Assembly: GCA_951406725.2 (NCBI GenBank) | Contig: OX597831.1 | Location: 28,148,001-28,212,000 of the forward strand | Direction of reading: 5' to 3' | Source: Octopus vulgaris | Taxonomy: Eukaryota | DNA: 64,000 nucleotides | Part shown: in pieces, positions 38,700 through 52,246 of the stretch | Layout: each line of letters starts with the position of its first letter | Numbering within the stretch: position 1 is the stretch's first letter | The notes under the pieces: model-generated | The model's database searches: none | What the model saw: only the letters and a program-made list of their open reading frames with translations | Told to the model about the DNA's origin: nothing | Made by a program: the position numbers and the translations under genes

Positions 38700-38819
38700 A
38701 ATTTCAACTGATTTTGCCCAAATTTGATGTTGATGTTACTTAGTTTGGTTTGATGTAAAGAACTTGATTAGCTTAATAATCCTAACTTAATCCCGGGCAA
38801 AGCTGGGTTATACTGCTAG
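38695..38819 (+). mobile_element. Helitron 3' terminus fragment
   Basis: cccgggcaaagctgggttatactgCTAG|T, similar to the 9603-9630 terminus. Confidence 0.65.
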
Positions 38820-39139
38820 TTTTATAATAAATAGTAAAATATTTACATGTCTGTATCAATACATGTAAAATATAAATTCATAAGATAAAATAAAATGAAT
38901 TATTAGTACATGTTAGTAAGCTACGAAACAATTGTAGTTAAATATTGGCTATCCATATTACTCATAGTATACTTCCTCTCTTTATTTATGATTTATATAC
39001 TCCTCATATTTCTTCTGTTGTATCGGATTATACATTCTCTGTGCTTTGTAGCCTATTACATCAAGGAATTTTTTTTATGAGTACCAATAAATTAGTTAAA
39101 TCCATATATTGTGAATATAATTTATATATATATATATAT

Positions 39140-39334
39140 TCTGTTCTTTTGTTTTATTTCAGTCATTTGACTGGCCATGCTGGAGCACTGCCTTTAGTCA
39201 AACAAATCCACCTCAGAACTTATTCTTTGTAAGCCTAGTACTTATTCTATTGGTCTCTTTACCGAACCACTAAGTTACAGGGACGTAAATACACAAGCCA
39301 AGCATCAGTTGTCAAGCGATGTTGGGGGGGACAA

Positions 39335-39369
<35 letters not shown>

Positions 39370-39532
39370 CAACAGGCTTCTTTCAGTTTCCGTCTACCAA
39401 ATCCACTCACAAAGCTTTGGTCGGCCCGAGGCTATAGTAGAAGACACTTGCCCAAGGTGCCATGCAGTGGGACTGAACTTGGTACCATGTGGTTTGTAAG
39501 CAAGCTACTTACCACACAGCCACACCCGCTCC
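39140..39532 (-). mobile_element. SINE family A
   Basis: Consensus match. Confidence 0.85.
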
Positions 39533-39942
39533 TATATATATATATAAAATTGTTAACATATTTTGTGTACTGTAGAAGTATAACCAATCTGTTATATTGA
39601 CCCCTAAGGGCCCTATGGACCCTGGTTGAGAACCACAGGACTAAATCCTTTGAGTTGGTGCTCCAGCATGGTCACAGTCTAATGACTGAAATAAGTAACA
39701 GATGAATGTAAAAAAATTACTTACAAAATTCATTTTAAACTTCTAAAAAACATTATTAAAACATAAGGAAAAGCTTCCCAAAAGTGACATCCATTCTCTC
39801 TTTCCCTGACTCACTGTCTGCATCTTCCCTTATGTTCACCGTCTTTTACCTTGGGAGTTTATTCTGGCCCTCCAGTACTACCAGCTTCATCCCCTTTCCA
39901 ACTCCTCCTACCCACCAATCCCTATATATATATATATATATA

Positions 39943-40246
39943 TCACGTGATCACGTGACCGACCAGACTATCAGATGTTGTTACACATCGCTTGTCACAA
40001 TGCATTCGCATTGTTTTAGCCTTCGAATGACGCCACCCCGCTGGCTAAGCGAGCAGGCCAACAGAAGAAAGAGTGGGAGAAAGAGTGGTGAAAGAGTACA
40101 GCAGGGATCACCACCCCCTGCCAGAGCCTCGTGGAGCTTTTAGGTGTTTTCGCTCAATAAACACTCACAACGCCCGGTCTAGGAATCGAAACCGCGATCC
40201 TGCGACCGCGAGTCTGCTGCCCTAACCACTAGGCCATTGCGCCTCC
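39943..40246 (-). mobile_element. tRNA(Arg)-like-headed SINE (resembles octopus OR-type SINEs) inserted in (TA)n
   Basis: Minus strand ggaggcgcaatggcctagtggttagggcagcagactcgcggtcgcaggatcgcggtttcgattcc; tail ends tcacgtgatcacgtga; (TA)n on both sides. Confidence 0.85.
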
Positions 40247-42015
40247 ATATATATATATATATAGCCATGTATCCCCTCTATACCACTTATGCTTGTCCCT
40301 CTGTCATACTTTAGCCTTTCAACAACACTTGCTTGGCCTAAAGCCACCTCCCCGAATGAATGAAAGGCAAAGTCGACCTCAGTGAAATTAAACTCAGAAC
40401 ATAATGGCAGACAAAATACTGGTAAGTGTTTTGCCTGGCACGCTAATGATTCTGTCATTTCACTGCCTCAATAATAAATAATAATAATAACGATAAAATT
40501 AATAAATGTTTCTGATTCAGGCACAAGGCCAGCAATTTTGAGGAGGACGATTCGTTGATATAATTGAACCTCTCGGTATCGGAATGGTACATCATTTGAT
40601 CGACACTGAAAGGTCGAAAGGCAAAAAGTTGGCCTTAGAAAACCCTACAGCTCACCAGATCCTGTCAAACTGTCCAACCCATGCCAGCATGGAAAAAATG
40701 GATGGCTGTGTGGTAAGAAGCTTACTTCCCAACCACATGGTTCTGGGTTCAGTCCCACTGTTTGGCACCTTGGGCAACTGTCTTTTACTATAGCCTTGGG
40801 CCAACCAAAGCCTTGTGAGTAGATTTGGTTGACAGAAACTGGAAGAAGCCTGTCATATATATATCTATATATCTCTCTCTATATATATATGTATGTATGT
40901 GTGTATTTGTGTCTGTGTTTATGCCCCCTCCCCCATAACTTAGCAGCTCAGCAAAAAGGGGCTGATAGCATAAGTACCAGGCTGAACAAAAAAATAAGTA
41001 CTGGGGTGGATTCATTTGACTAAAAAAATTCTTCAATATAGTGCCCCAGCATGGCTGCAGTCTAATGAGTGAAAAATAAATGATGAGGAGGAGGAGGAGG
41101 AGGATTCTTTGAGTTCATTCTTACAAACATGGAAGAACAGAATCGTTTGGTTCATAATTCCTAACAGTCGCTTCTATTTTTTTTTTATTCTTTCAGTACA
41201 GTCCCCAATATTTTTGGCACTTCAAAAGATGGTTTTCGCTAATTAGCAAATTATTGGATGGGTAAATTGTCGTCAGTGAATAGCTGCTAATGATAGGATG
41301 TTTGGGGCACATGGAAACGTTCACATCTGCAAGACAGCTGATGTCTTCTAAAGTAGATTTAAGTTTCAGTTTCTTTCTTTCTTTTTTTTTTTTCGTTTTT
41401 TGGGTGTTTTCTCTCTACCCGAGCACCACTAACTAACGGGCTTGTCTCATGTTTTATGGGAATGTCCCACCAAGACTTGTACTGTTTAAATATGGGAATG
41501 TACTCAATGTCTGATATTTATATATATATATGTGTATGTGTGTGTGTGTGTGTGTATGTGTATGTATATATGTAGTATATATATATGTGCGTGTGTATAT
41601 ATATATATGTATTATGTGTATGTATGTGTATCTCTCTCTCTCTCTCTCTCTCTTTATATATATATATATATATACATTATGTGTATGTATGTGTATCTCT
41701 CTCTCTCTATATATATATATTATGTGTATGTATGTGTGTGTGTGTATCTCTCTCTCTCTATATATTTATATATTCACACACACCCATGTCTTTGTGCATA
41801 TATGTGTATGTACATATATATATATATATATATATACATGCATACTTGTGTGTGTGTATATATATATGCATACACACACATGTATGCATGCATATATATG
41901 TACATGCACATATATACACACATGAATGTATATATATATATAGATATATACACACATGTATGTATATATGTATATATATTTGTGTGTGTGTATATGTGTG
42001 TGTATACATATATTC

Positions 42016-42052
<37 letters not shown>

Positions 42053-42899
42053 ATGTATATATGACAATGTTTATCCCAGGGCAATCCTTAAGTCATCCTC
42101 AGTCCTCCCCCCACCACTGTATATTGTTTTAACAACAACAATGGCAATGACACCAACAACAACATGCCACAGAGAAAGGTCACACCTTGACAACATTTGA
42201 GGGAATGCACTGGTAACTATAGCTTCCATAGATATGTCATGTGATGTTGGGGCTTAAGACTTTTCTCACTATTGTATGTGTGTGTGTGTGTGTGTGTGTG
42301 TATTTGTGCTTGTGGGTGCATGTATCTGTTTTTATTTAAAATCAGTGCTAATTGAGTAGACTTACAATTACGAACATTCCAGTCATGACTAACCTGCCTG
42401 TTTCATTTTAAGGACGAAAATCCATTATCAAACATGACCTTCCATTTTTAGACAGCAGAGTGTGATTTTTAATGAGATTTGGCTGCTATTGCTAGCTTGT
42501 TGAGTGACCACGTTAATGCTTCCTCTTGTGTGTGAGTGAGGGTGTGTGTGTGTGTATGTGTGTGTGTGTTGTGTTTCTCGTCTTTACTGTGATGGACTAT
42601 TATCTTATCCAGGAGGAGTTTTAACTCTCATTCACTTATGTTTTAACCTCAGAATTATGTACGTGACCCTATCTAACATGGTGCGTGATCACAAAGCATG
42701 CTAGAAATAACAGTGACATCTCCCTCAGCTTACTTTACTGTCTTAAGATAGGAAGAACAAGAACACATTGGATAATGTAGTCTTAGATACATTTTGTTTG
42801 GAAAACAAACAGACAAGATGTCCCAGCAGCAATACCTTTGATCATTGGCCTGTTCAGTTAAGGATAAACAACAACATCAATGATGATGGTGATGATGAT

Positions 42900-43311
42900 A
42901 CTCTCTACTCTCTTTTTACTCTTTTACTTGTTTCAGTCATTTGACTGTGGCCATGCTGGAGCACCGCCTTTAGTCGAACAAATCAACTCCAGGACTTATT
43001 CTTTGTAAGCCTAATACTTCTATCGGTCACTTTTGCTGAACCGCTAAGTTACAGGGATGCAAACACACCACCATCGGTTGTCAAGTAATGTTGGATGACA
43101 AACAGACACAAACATATACACACACATGCATATATATACATATATACGATGGGCTTCCTTCAGTTTCTGTCTACCAAATCCACTCCCAAGGCTTTGGTCG
43201 GCCCGAGGCTATAGTAAAAGACACTTGCCCAAGGTGCCATGCAGTGGGAATGAACCCAGAACTATGTGGTTGGTAAACAAGCTACTTACCACACAGCCAC
43301 ACCTGTGCCTA
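42900..43311 (-). mobile_element. SINE family A
   Basis: Consensus match. Confidence 0.88.
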
Positions 43312-43324
43312 TGATGATGATATT

Positions 43325-44290
43325 TGTTTCTGATTTGAGCACAGGATTAGCAATTTGAAAGGGAGGAGATTCGGTTAGTATCATATCATTGACCCCAGCT
43401 TTAACCTAGTACATTATTTGGTAGGCCCTTGAAAGGATGAAAGGCAAAGCTGACCTTGGTGGGATTTGAACTTGCAACGTAAAGAGCTTGAATAAAAACT
43501 TCAAGGCAATGTTTTATCAATGCTCCAGCCATTCTGCCATTACAATAGCAGCAGTCACAGTAATGGTTTCTAATTTAGGTACTAGGCCATCAATTTTTGA
43601 GGGGAGGGGCATTGATTGATACCATCAGCATCAGTACTTGACAAGTACTTTATTTTATTAACCTTGGAAAAATGAAAGCAAAGTTGACCTCATCGGAATT
43701 TGAACGAAGAATGCAAAGAGCTAATTAATTACAAGATGCAATTAACTCTTTTGATACTAACAGACCTGAGAACTGCTTCTGGTTCTTTGATAACAAACTT
43801 CCTGTTTTAAAATGATCTATGATAAAACCTGCCATCAAAATTTTCTGTTAATTTATGTTCCAAACACTAGATTAATAGGCACAAGGCCTGAAATTTTAGG
43901 TAAGATGCAGCTAGTTGGTTACATCAACCCCAGTGCTCAACTGGTATCTATTTCATTGAATTCAAATGTATGAAAGGCAAAGTCAACCTTGGCAGAATTT
44001 GAACTCGGAATGTAAAGACAGATGAAATGCTGCTAAGCATTTTGTCCAGCAATTAGCAATTCTGCCATTTTGCCACCAAACAACACATTAATAATTCTTT
44101 CTATTGTAAGCTTCAAGGCCTAGGGCCTGGAATTTTCGGGGAGAATGTTAGCCAATTACATCAACCCCAGTGTTCATTCAACTGGTTCTTAGTTCATTGA
44201 CCCCTGAATGATGAAACGTAAAGTTGAACTCAGTGGCATTTGAACTTAGAATGTAAAGAGCCAGATGGAATGTTACTAACCACTACCAAA
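43325..44290 (-). mobile_element. Cluster of old family-B SINE copies, partly nested in a TTAA MITE
   Basis: Four recurrences of aaaggcaaagt(c/t)gacct..gaatttgaac; MITE halves at ~43741-43875 and ~44290-44360. Confidence 0.7.
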
Positions 44291-45060
44291 CAGCAGATAG
44301 ATAATGACAATTATTTTAGACTAAATTCTTTATTACTTTAAAATTAATTAAGACAAAGTCAGGTGCAGGCTTGGTTGTGTGGTAAGAAGTTCACTTCTCA
44401 ACCACGGGGACATAGTTCTGGGTTCAGGCCCACTGTGTGGCACCTTGAGCTACTGTCTTTCTACTATAACCTTGGGCCAACCAAAGCCTTGTTAGTGGAT
44501 TTGGTAAACAGATACTGAAAGAAACCTGTTGTATGTATATATATATACATACATATATATATAGATATATATACGGTGGTTGACTACTCCTCATGCAGTG
44601 TCTGACTACAACTTGTACTTACACCTTAGATCCAATTTGGCATCTGATGTGGTATTTTTAAACCAGACATTTTATTGAAAAGACACCCACATAAATTGCA
44701 CATCTGATTTGTACCATCGAAAGCTGCAGTTAAGCTCTGATCTTTGTGGATCTTAAAATGTCTTTTGAGGCCTCAGTTAGATTTGCAGACCTTATGGCAT
44801 ACACAGCATTGAAAGGTGCGTGCGCACACACACACACATAATATACACATGTGTGTGTGTTGGTGTGATCTCCATAACTTTGCAGTTTGGCAAAAAAAGC
44901 TGATAGAATAAGAGCCATGGTTGTAAAAACAAAAAAACTGGAGTTGATTTGCTTGACCAAAATTCTTCAAGGCAGTACCATAGTTTGGCTACAGTTCAAT
45001 GACAGAAAAAGTAAAAGATAAAAGATAAAAAGAGATATTCTAATAGAAATATATTTATAT

Positions 45061-45470
45061 AGGTGTAGGTGTGGCTGTTTGGTAAGTAGCTTGCTTACGA
45101 ACCACATGGTTCTGGGTTCAGTCCCACTGCGTGGCACTTTGGGCAAGTGTCTTCTACTATAGCCTCGGGCCAACCAAAGCCTTGTGAGTGGATTTGGTAG
45201 ACAGAAACTGATAGAAGCCTGTCGTATATCTGTATATATATATATGTATGTGTGTGTATATGTTTGTGTGTCTGTGTTTGTCCCCCCAACATCGCTTGAC
45301 AACCGATGCTGGTGTGTTTACGCCCCCGTAACTTAGCGGTTCGGCAAAAGAGATCGATAGAATAAGTACTAGACTTACAAAGAATAAATCCCGAGGTCGA
45401 TTTGCTCGACTAAAGGCGGTGCTCCAGCATGGCCACAGTCAAATGACTGAAACAAGTAAAAGAGTAAAAA
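45061..45470 (+). mobile_element. SINE family A, full-length
   Basis: Consensus match. Confidence 0.9.
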
Positions 45471-46309
45471 AGAAGCGTTAAAAGGAAGAGAGTTGAGTTG
45501 ACTTCAAGAAAGTAGTGAGTGTGACTGTAAAAGATTTGCCTGAAAAAAGAAAGTCTCTTCCAAGCCATGCCAACGTGGAAACGTCGATGTAAAAGTGATG
45601 ATGATGCAAGAGAAAAGAAAACATAGAGGGAGGGGTAACAAGTTGATGAAATATACCCCATAACTTAATGGGTACTAAATTTAACAACACACTCACCAAT
45701 TTATTCACCACCACCACCACCATCGCAATAATAGTAATAATAGTGATAATAATAATAACAATAACAACAATAATGATGATGATAATAATAATAGTGATAA
45801 TAAAGATAACAGTAATGATAAGGACGTTGATGATGATGTTTCATCTACGCCCACCTCACTTTCGGCAAAGATCTAGAGGTGGGAAGCGCTGTAGTTGGTG
45901 GTGGGGGTAGATGGTAAATAAGGGTACAGGAAGGATGGCGGGGGGTGAGGAGGAAGAGGTCTCCTTCATCCTTCATCATCAGCCGCTCCTTTCCTTCCTT
46001 GTTAACTCTCGCAAAGTTCTTATTTACTTTGCTCCTTCCGCCCTCCCTCTGCCCCCCCTCCTATCCCATATTTTTATTATGTTGCACCAACTGTATTGCA
46101 TCAGCATCACCAAACCGTTGCCAGTACCCACCACCACCTCTACCATCACCACCGCCACCGTCCCACTGCCACTAACCTCCTCCCCACCACCACTATTAGA
46201 GTTACCAGATCAATTTCATAGAAAGTAATGAAAATTTTTCAAAAAAGTAGTAAATTGAGTTAAAATTTAGCCAAAATGAAAGTTTTCCTCGCAATGTAAA
46301 TAAGCACGC

Positions 46310-47010
46310 ATTTATATATACTCATACTTATGTGAGTGTACATATATATATGTATTTACATACATATATGTGTGTGTGTGTATAATGTTTGTATGTGTAT
46401 GTATATGTATGTATGCATATGTATATATGCATGTATATGTATATATGTATATATATGTATATATACATCTATGTGTATGTATATATATATATATTTGTGT
46501 ATGTATATATATATATATTTGTGTATGTATATATGTATATATATGTATATATACATCTATGTGTATGTATATATATATATATGTGTATGTATATATATAT
46601 GTGTATGTATATATATATATATGTATGTATATATGTATATAAAATGTATATATATATATATATATATACATATATGTATATATGTATGTTTGTATGTATA
46701 TATATATATGTATATGTTTATATATATATATATATATATATGTATATTTATGTTTATATGTATATTTATGTTTATATGTATATATATGTTTATATATATG
46801 TATATATATGTTTATATATATATATATGTATATGTTTATATATATGTATATATATGTTTATATATATATATGTATATGTTTATATATATATATATATATA
46901 TATGTATATTTATGTTTATATGTATATTTATGTTTATATGTATATATATGTTTATATATATGTATATATATATGTTTATATATATATGTATATATACATA
47001 TATACACATA
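46310..47010. repeat. ~700-bp (TA)/(TATG) low-complexity tract with internal duplication
   Basis: Directly visible; source of the long Y/I/M ORFs. Confidence 0.95.
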
Positions 47011-47529
47011 AGTATTTTTATAGACATGCATGCACACATTAGCATTGTAAGCTACACCAATCCTACAAACTGGTTGCCACTGCATAATCCCCAAGGCCTC
47101 ACCTTCCCCCCATCGGGAATCAGGTTTTCATACTGCAACAACTTGCAGTTCAGAGGTCTACAGCTCTTCGATGATATCTTGCTGTCTTGCCAAAGATCTC
47201 TGAGAAATCTATATGGAGTGGATGTAGATGTATGTGTGTGTACGTGTTTGTTTACAATAGAATAAATACCACAATCACCACCTCACCACCGTCACCACCT
47301 CACCACCATCACCACTTCCAAATACTATTGTTATACTGCCCATGTCGTCATCATCATCATTATCATCACCACCACCACCATCACTACCACCAGCATCTCT
47401 TCCACCACCACCACCACCATACACATTACAACAAACACTTCCTCTTACACTGATATGTGTTCCTTGAACACTTTTGACATTCAGCTTTCTCAAACATTAC
47501 TCAACATCTATTATTATAATTATTATTGC

Positions 47530-47581
<52 letters not shown>

Positions 47582-48029
47582 TTGTCACACCTTATGACCC
47601 CTACATACACACAAACACAATCTTGCTATGCGGAACAGTTTCCTATACAATCTGCTTTTGCACTGAATGACATCCAATGACCCCTCCCCTCTCTGAATCC
47701 CTTCCTCCAGTTTTTACTAACTTGCATATTGTAATAAAAACACTGACCCCCTACTTTTAGCATAGCCATGTTTAGTCATAAAAAATTCCACTAAAACTAA
47801 TTCTGATACTTTTTTTAAAAAACTAGAAATCACTGGGCAAACGGGAGACAATTTCATATGTTTCTGCCTTTTTAGCTGTTGTCATTTAGCCTCTTCATTG
47901 CCTGCTGGTATTATAGTCACTTATTATTTACTACATATCTGCTGCATCCTTCTTGCTGTAAATGCCAAGATAAAAACCAATCTGTTAATTTTAAACCTCT
48001 TCATCAACAAGCTCACTTCAGTCTCAGTT

Positions 48030-48780
48030 TCTTTTGTGCTCTCTAGTATACTGGGCAGCAAGTTGACCAATACTGGTTTCTGTTGGTTGCAGGTTTTCTC
48101 TGCATCTGGCCAATGTAGTGGCCTTTCTCACATCTGTTATGAATGTTCTGTGCCAAGTAGTGGCCAATCTCTTTCTTTTTCTCTTTAGTGGTGTCTGTTT
48201 AAAAAGCTGTATTAGACTGGCATTGTTCTGGTAGCCGGAGTATGTGACCTGCTAGTTTTAATCTTCATTCTGTGATGACTTCATCAAGTAGTTTTGTGTT
48301 GGCTGTCTTTAGAATGATATTTTCATTGGTTATATATACTCTTACCACCAGTATATTCTCAGAAAGGTGGAGGCACATGGCCTAGTGGTTAGAGCAGCAG
48401 ACTTGCGGTCGAGGGATCGCGGGTTCAAATCTCAGACCAGGCGATGTTTGTGTTTATGAGCGCAACACCTAAGCTCCATACGGCTCCAGTAGAAGATAAT
48501 GGTAAACTTCTGTTGACACTCTCGCCACAACTTTCTCTCACTCTTTCCTCCTGCATCTTGCAGCTCACCTGCGACGGACCGGCGTCCCGTCCAGGTGGGG
48601 AGCCTTATACACCACGGAGACCAGGAAACTGGCCCTTATGAACTAGGAATGGCTTGAGAAGGAACAAACTAACTAACTATATTCTCAGACCTCTTCTCAA
48701 GCATCTTTGCTGGAACACATTTTGCTTTTTGTTAAGTTCCACTGTGCCAGCTCCACAAGCTTTTATCCAACTGATATTTT
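48030..48780 (-). pseudogene. Decayed RTE-clade LINE ORF C-terminus, split by a SINE
   Basis: Minus-strand translation across the SINE: VFQQRCLRR..RIYWW..ITNENIILKTANTKLLDEVITE*RLKLAGHILRLPEQ..KRKR..TWHRTFITDV. Confidence 0.75.
48364..48677 (+). mobile_element. tRNA(Arg)-like-headed SINE with (AACT)n tail and 12-bp TSD
   Basis: TSD tatattctcaga at 48352-48363 and 48678-48689; head tggcctagtggttagagcagcagacttgcggtcgagggatcgcgggttcaaatc; central cctgcgacggaccggcgtcccgtccagg motif. Confidence 0.9.
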
Positions 48781-49937
48781 CCACTTGTCTGGGGCATGCT
48801 GGGAGTATGTTCATTCATCTTAATCATTTTTGCCACTATCACCTACCTTTTTACAAATTCACTGGGAGAGAGAACTTTTCTTGCCACCCTCGCTTTATTT
48901 TCCAAGTGGAACTTAAAAAAAAAGGTCAATGAGGCCTTGACAGAAGAGGAAGGCGTCTTTCCATAATCTTCTCAGTCATGTCCAACGCAAACCAGTGGTA
49001 GAAATTACTCAGAGTTGCTATCTGTACCTGAGAACAATAACAGAGTTATCGTTAACATGTTGTTAGCATAAGAAAGCTAATTAGAGCTAATTAATTATGC
49101 ATTGAGGAAAAATTCAACATTAGCTGCAGGACTTTTGAGAAAATAAAAAAGAAAAATGTGTTAGTTCATTGTATTTATAATTGGACAGTAAACATATTGT
49201 GGCAGCTGTCAGGATGGGCGAGGGTGGCTTGGCAGAGAAACATGCAGAAAAACAACTATGGTAATTACAACAGCAACCATAACAACAACTATAACAATTT
49301 AAACAATTCCAACAGCAACACCAACAGCAAGAGCAATACACAGGAAATGCAATAATTTTGTACGACATAGGGCGGTGGCTGAGACGATCGTTTGAGGATG
49401 GGTTGTCTACAGTGGTGATGATGGTGGTGGTGGTTTTCATGGTGATGGTGATGGAAATGTTGATGGTGGTGTTGATGATGGTAGTGATGAAGGCGGTGGC
49501 ACTGATGATGTTGATAGTGGTGGAGGTGGTAACGGTGTGCATTAGTGGGGATAGTGTGGGTAGCAACGGTATTAGTAGTGGTGGTATACTCGCAGTGTGG
49601 TGATGGTGGTAGTATACCCTGTAGAGAGAGAGAGAGAGAGAGAGGAGAAAGAGAAAATTGTGTCAATGGAAATGAAATTTTTGGCGGCAATAAAATTTGC
49701 AAGATATCATGAATAGGCTCTGAGTCATTAATTGTGTTGGTAGTAGTAGTAGTGGGGGTGGTGTTGATTTTAGAGGTAGTATTGGTGTTGGTGGTAGTGG
49801 TATGGGTTGTAGTTGTGGTGATGCTAGTAGTGGTGTGTATAGGTAGTAGTGATAATTATGGTTGTAGTATAGGCAGTAGTGCTGGTATGGTTGTAATAAT
49901 ATAGGCAATAGTGCTGGTTGTGGTTGTAGTATAGGCA

Positions 49938-50037
49938 GTAGTGATGGTTACGGTTGTAGTATATAGATAGTAGTGAGGACAGCAATTACTACTACTGCTA
50001 CGACTACTACTATTACTACTGTCTCTGCTGCTGCTGA

Positions 50038-50069
<32 letters not shown>

Positions 50070-50389
50070 TTACTACTGCTTCTGCTACTACTACTGCTGC
50101 TGCTACCACTACTGCCACTGATGCTGCTACTATTACTACTGCTGCTGCTACTACTACTACTATTAAAAACAATGTCATACCACCATCACCAAAGCTACAA
50201 TAGCCATTACCACACCATCACAAACGATACTGCACCATGACATGATTCACCACACCATTATTACAACCACGATGACCACCACCCACTCAGCAGCAGCAGC
50301 AGAGACAGTAGTAATAGTAGTAGTGGTAGCAGTAGTAGTAATTGCTGTCCTCACTACTATCTATATACTACAACCGTAACCATCACTAC
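49938..50389. repeat. ~100-bp inverted duplication within trinucleotide low-complexity DNA
   Basis: 49938-50001 is the exact reverse complement of 50326-50389; pairing extends inward ~37 bp with 1 mismatch and one CAG-unit difference. Confidence 0.9.
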
Positions 50390-50583
50390 CTCCACATTAC
50401 CATGAGCTGCACTACATCACTGTTGTAACCATCACACCACCACCACCACCACCACCATCGCTGCTGTCCCCACTACTACCACCACTGGTTACTTTCACCT
50501 ACAATTTACAAGTGTTTCTTTGTGTACTGTGTTATAAAAGCTAATTTATATATTATGTTAATTTATGTCAATAAATATATATA

Positions 50584-51847
50584 TTGGGTCATTCCATAAA
50601 TAATGTGATTTTTTTCAATTGCATGAACTAAAAGTCGGAGGGGGATGGGATAAACTACCTGCATCAACTTGCTATAAAAGCAGGTAGTAATTTTACCTTG
50701 TCCTTATTCTTAGTGCAAGTTGTGAAGAGTGCAGTTCGATTTTAACAGTTATTTTTTCAAAGCTATAATGGAAATGACAAAGAAGCATATTCGGCATATT
50801 TTGCTTTATGAGTTCAATAAAGACAACAACACAATGGAAAATGCGAAGAATATTAATGCAGTATATGGGGATTGGACAATAAGCGTAATATGGTGTCAAT
50901 GGGGGTTACAGAGATTCAGAGCCGGAAACTACAGCCTAGAAGATGAGCCTCGTCTTGCAAGATCTGTAGGGCTTGAGGATGTCCTGCAAACCCTGGTGGA
51001 ACAAAATTCAATCATAACTGTTAAGGAACTAGTAGAGAAGCTTGGATTTGGTCATTCAACCATTCTTCGACACCTGCATGCCATCAGAAAAGTCAGCAAA
51101 TTGGGTCAGTGGGTTCCTCACAAATTTTCCTAGTCTAATCATGCGCAGTGATTAAATGTGTGCTCTTCTTTGCTGTCACGTCTCATGAATGAACTTTTTT
51201 TGGACCAAATAGTGATTGGTGACGAGAAATGGATTCTCTATAAAAATGTCAAGCGCATAAGACAGTAGGTAGAGGAAAGAGAAACACTGGCACTCTAGGC
51301 TAAAGAAGGTTGTCACCCACGTAAGGTGTTGTTATCTGTTTGGTGGGATATGAAAAGTTTAGTCCACTTTGAACATTTAAACCCAAACCAAATGATAACA
51401 AATAAGATCTGTTGTGAGCAGCTTGCAGCTTAAGTCAGTGCTAGAAGAAGAATGACCATCTTTGGTTTCAAGACGAAAGGTGTTCTTCCATCAGGATAAT
51501 GCTCGGTCACATATGGCAAAGATGACATTCCAAAAGCTGGAGCAGTTTGAATGGGAAATCTACCATATTTGCTGGACAGTGTCCATCTGATTATCATTTA
51601 TTTCACAGTTTTCAAAATCATTTGGATGGTAAAATGTGAATTCTGTAGACGAGGTCAGAACAGAACTGGAAGAGTATTTTTCATCACAGACAAGTGAATT
51701 TTAGAAGTGGGACCTTGCATGTCTACCAGATAGATGGAAGAGCATTGTAGAAAATGAAGGAGAGTATATTTTAGATAAAAAAGAACTTTATCTTAATTTT
51801 GAAAAATAAAAGTATAAAAAGATAGCATTATTTATGGGATGACCCAA
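50584..51847 (+). mobile_element. Full-length (1264 bp) mariner DNA transposon, inactive
   Basis: TA TSDs at 50582-50583 and 51848-51849; TIR ttgggtcattccataaataatg / cattatttatgggatgacccaa (1 mismatch). Confidence 0.95.
50768..51778 (+). pseudogene. Mariner (DD34D-type) transposase pseudogene
   Basis: MEMTKKHIRHILLYEF..SLEDEPR..KLGQWVPHKF, then after stops IVIGDEKWILYKN, HPRKVLLSVWWD, FFHQDNARSH and a degenerate PYSPD..PSDYHLF; several stops and frameshifts. Confidence 0.93.
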
Positions 51848-51866
51848 TAAATATATATATATATAA

Positions 51867-51924
<58 letters not shown>

Positions 51925-52175
51925 CATATGCATATTATATATATGTGTGTGTGTGTGTATATATATATATATGTATATATATATAATATGTCTATGTATG
52001 TATATATATATTATAAATGTATCAGACTGGGACCTGGTGCAGCCTTCTTGCTTATCAGTTCCAGTCAAACCATCTAAGCCATGTGAACATAGAAAATGGA
52101 CGTTAAATGATGATGATGATGATGGTGTGTATATGTATGTGTGTGTGTGTATTATATGTGTATATATGTGCATAT

Positions 52176-52246
<71 letters not shown>

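Noticed and set aside
40170-40246. tRNA-Arg gene (also 48369-48440 and 17835-17905)
   Set aside because: A/B boxes are present but there is no proper acceptor stem, and each continues into a SINE body and tail
46336-47265. Longest ORF in the window (309 aa)
   Set aside because: About 230 codons are TA/TG low-complexity sequence, and the remainder has no recognisable domain
49973-50203. Thr/Ala-rich mucin-like or antifreeze-like ORF
   Set aside because: (ACT)n/(GCT)n microsatellite with no signal peptide or splice support
50729-51133. Active transposase or SETMAR-like host gene
   Set aside because: Stop at 51131-51133, further stops and frameshifts, no SET domain, and it lies between TIRs
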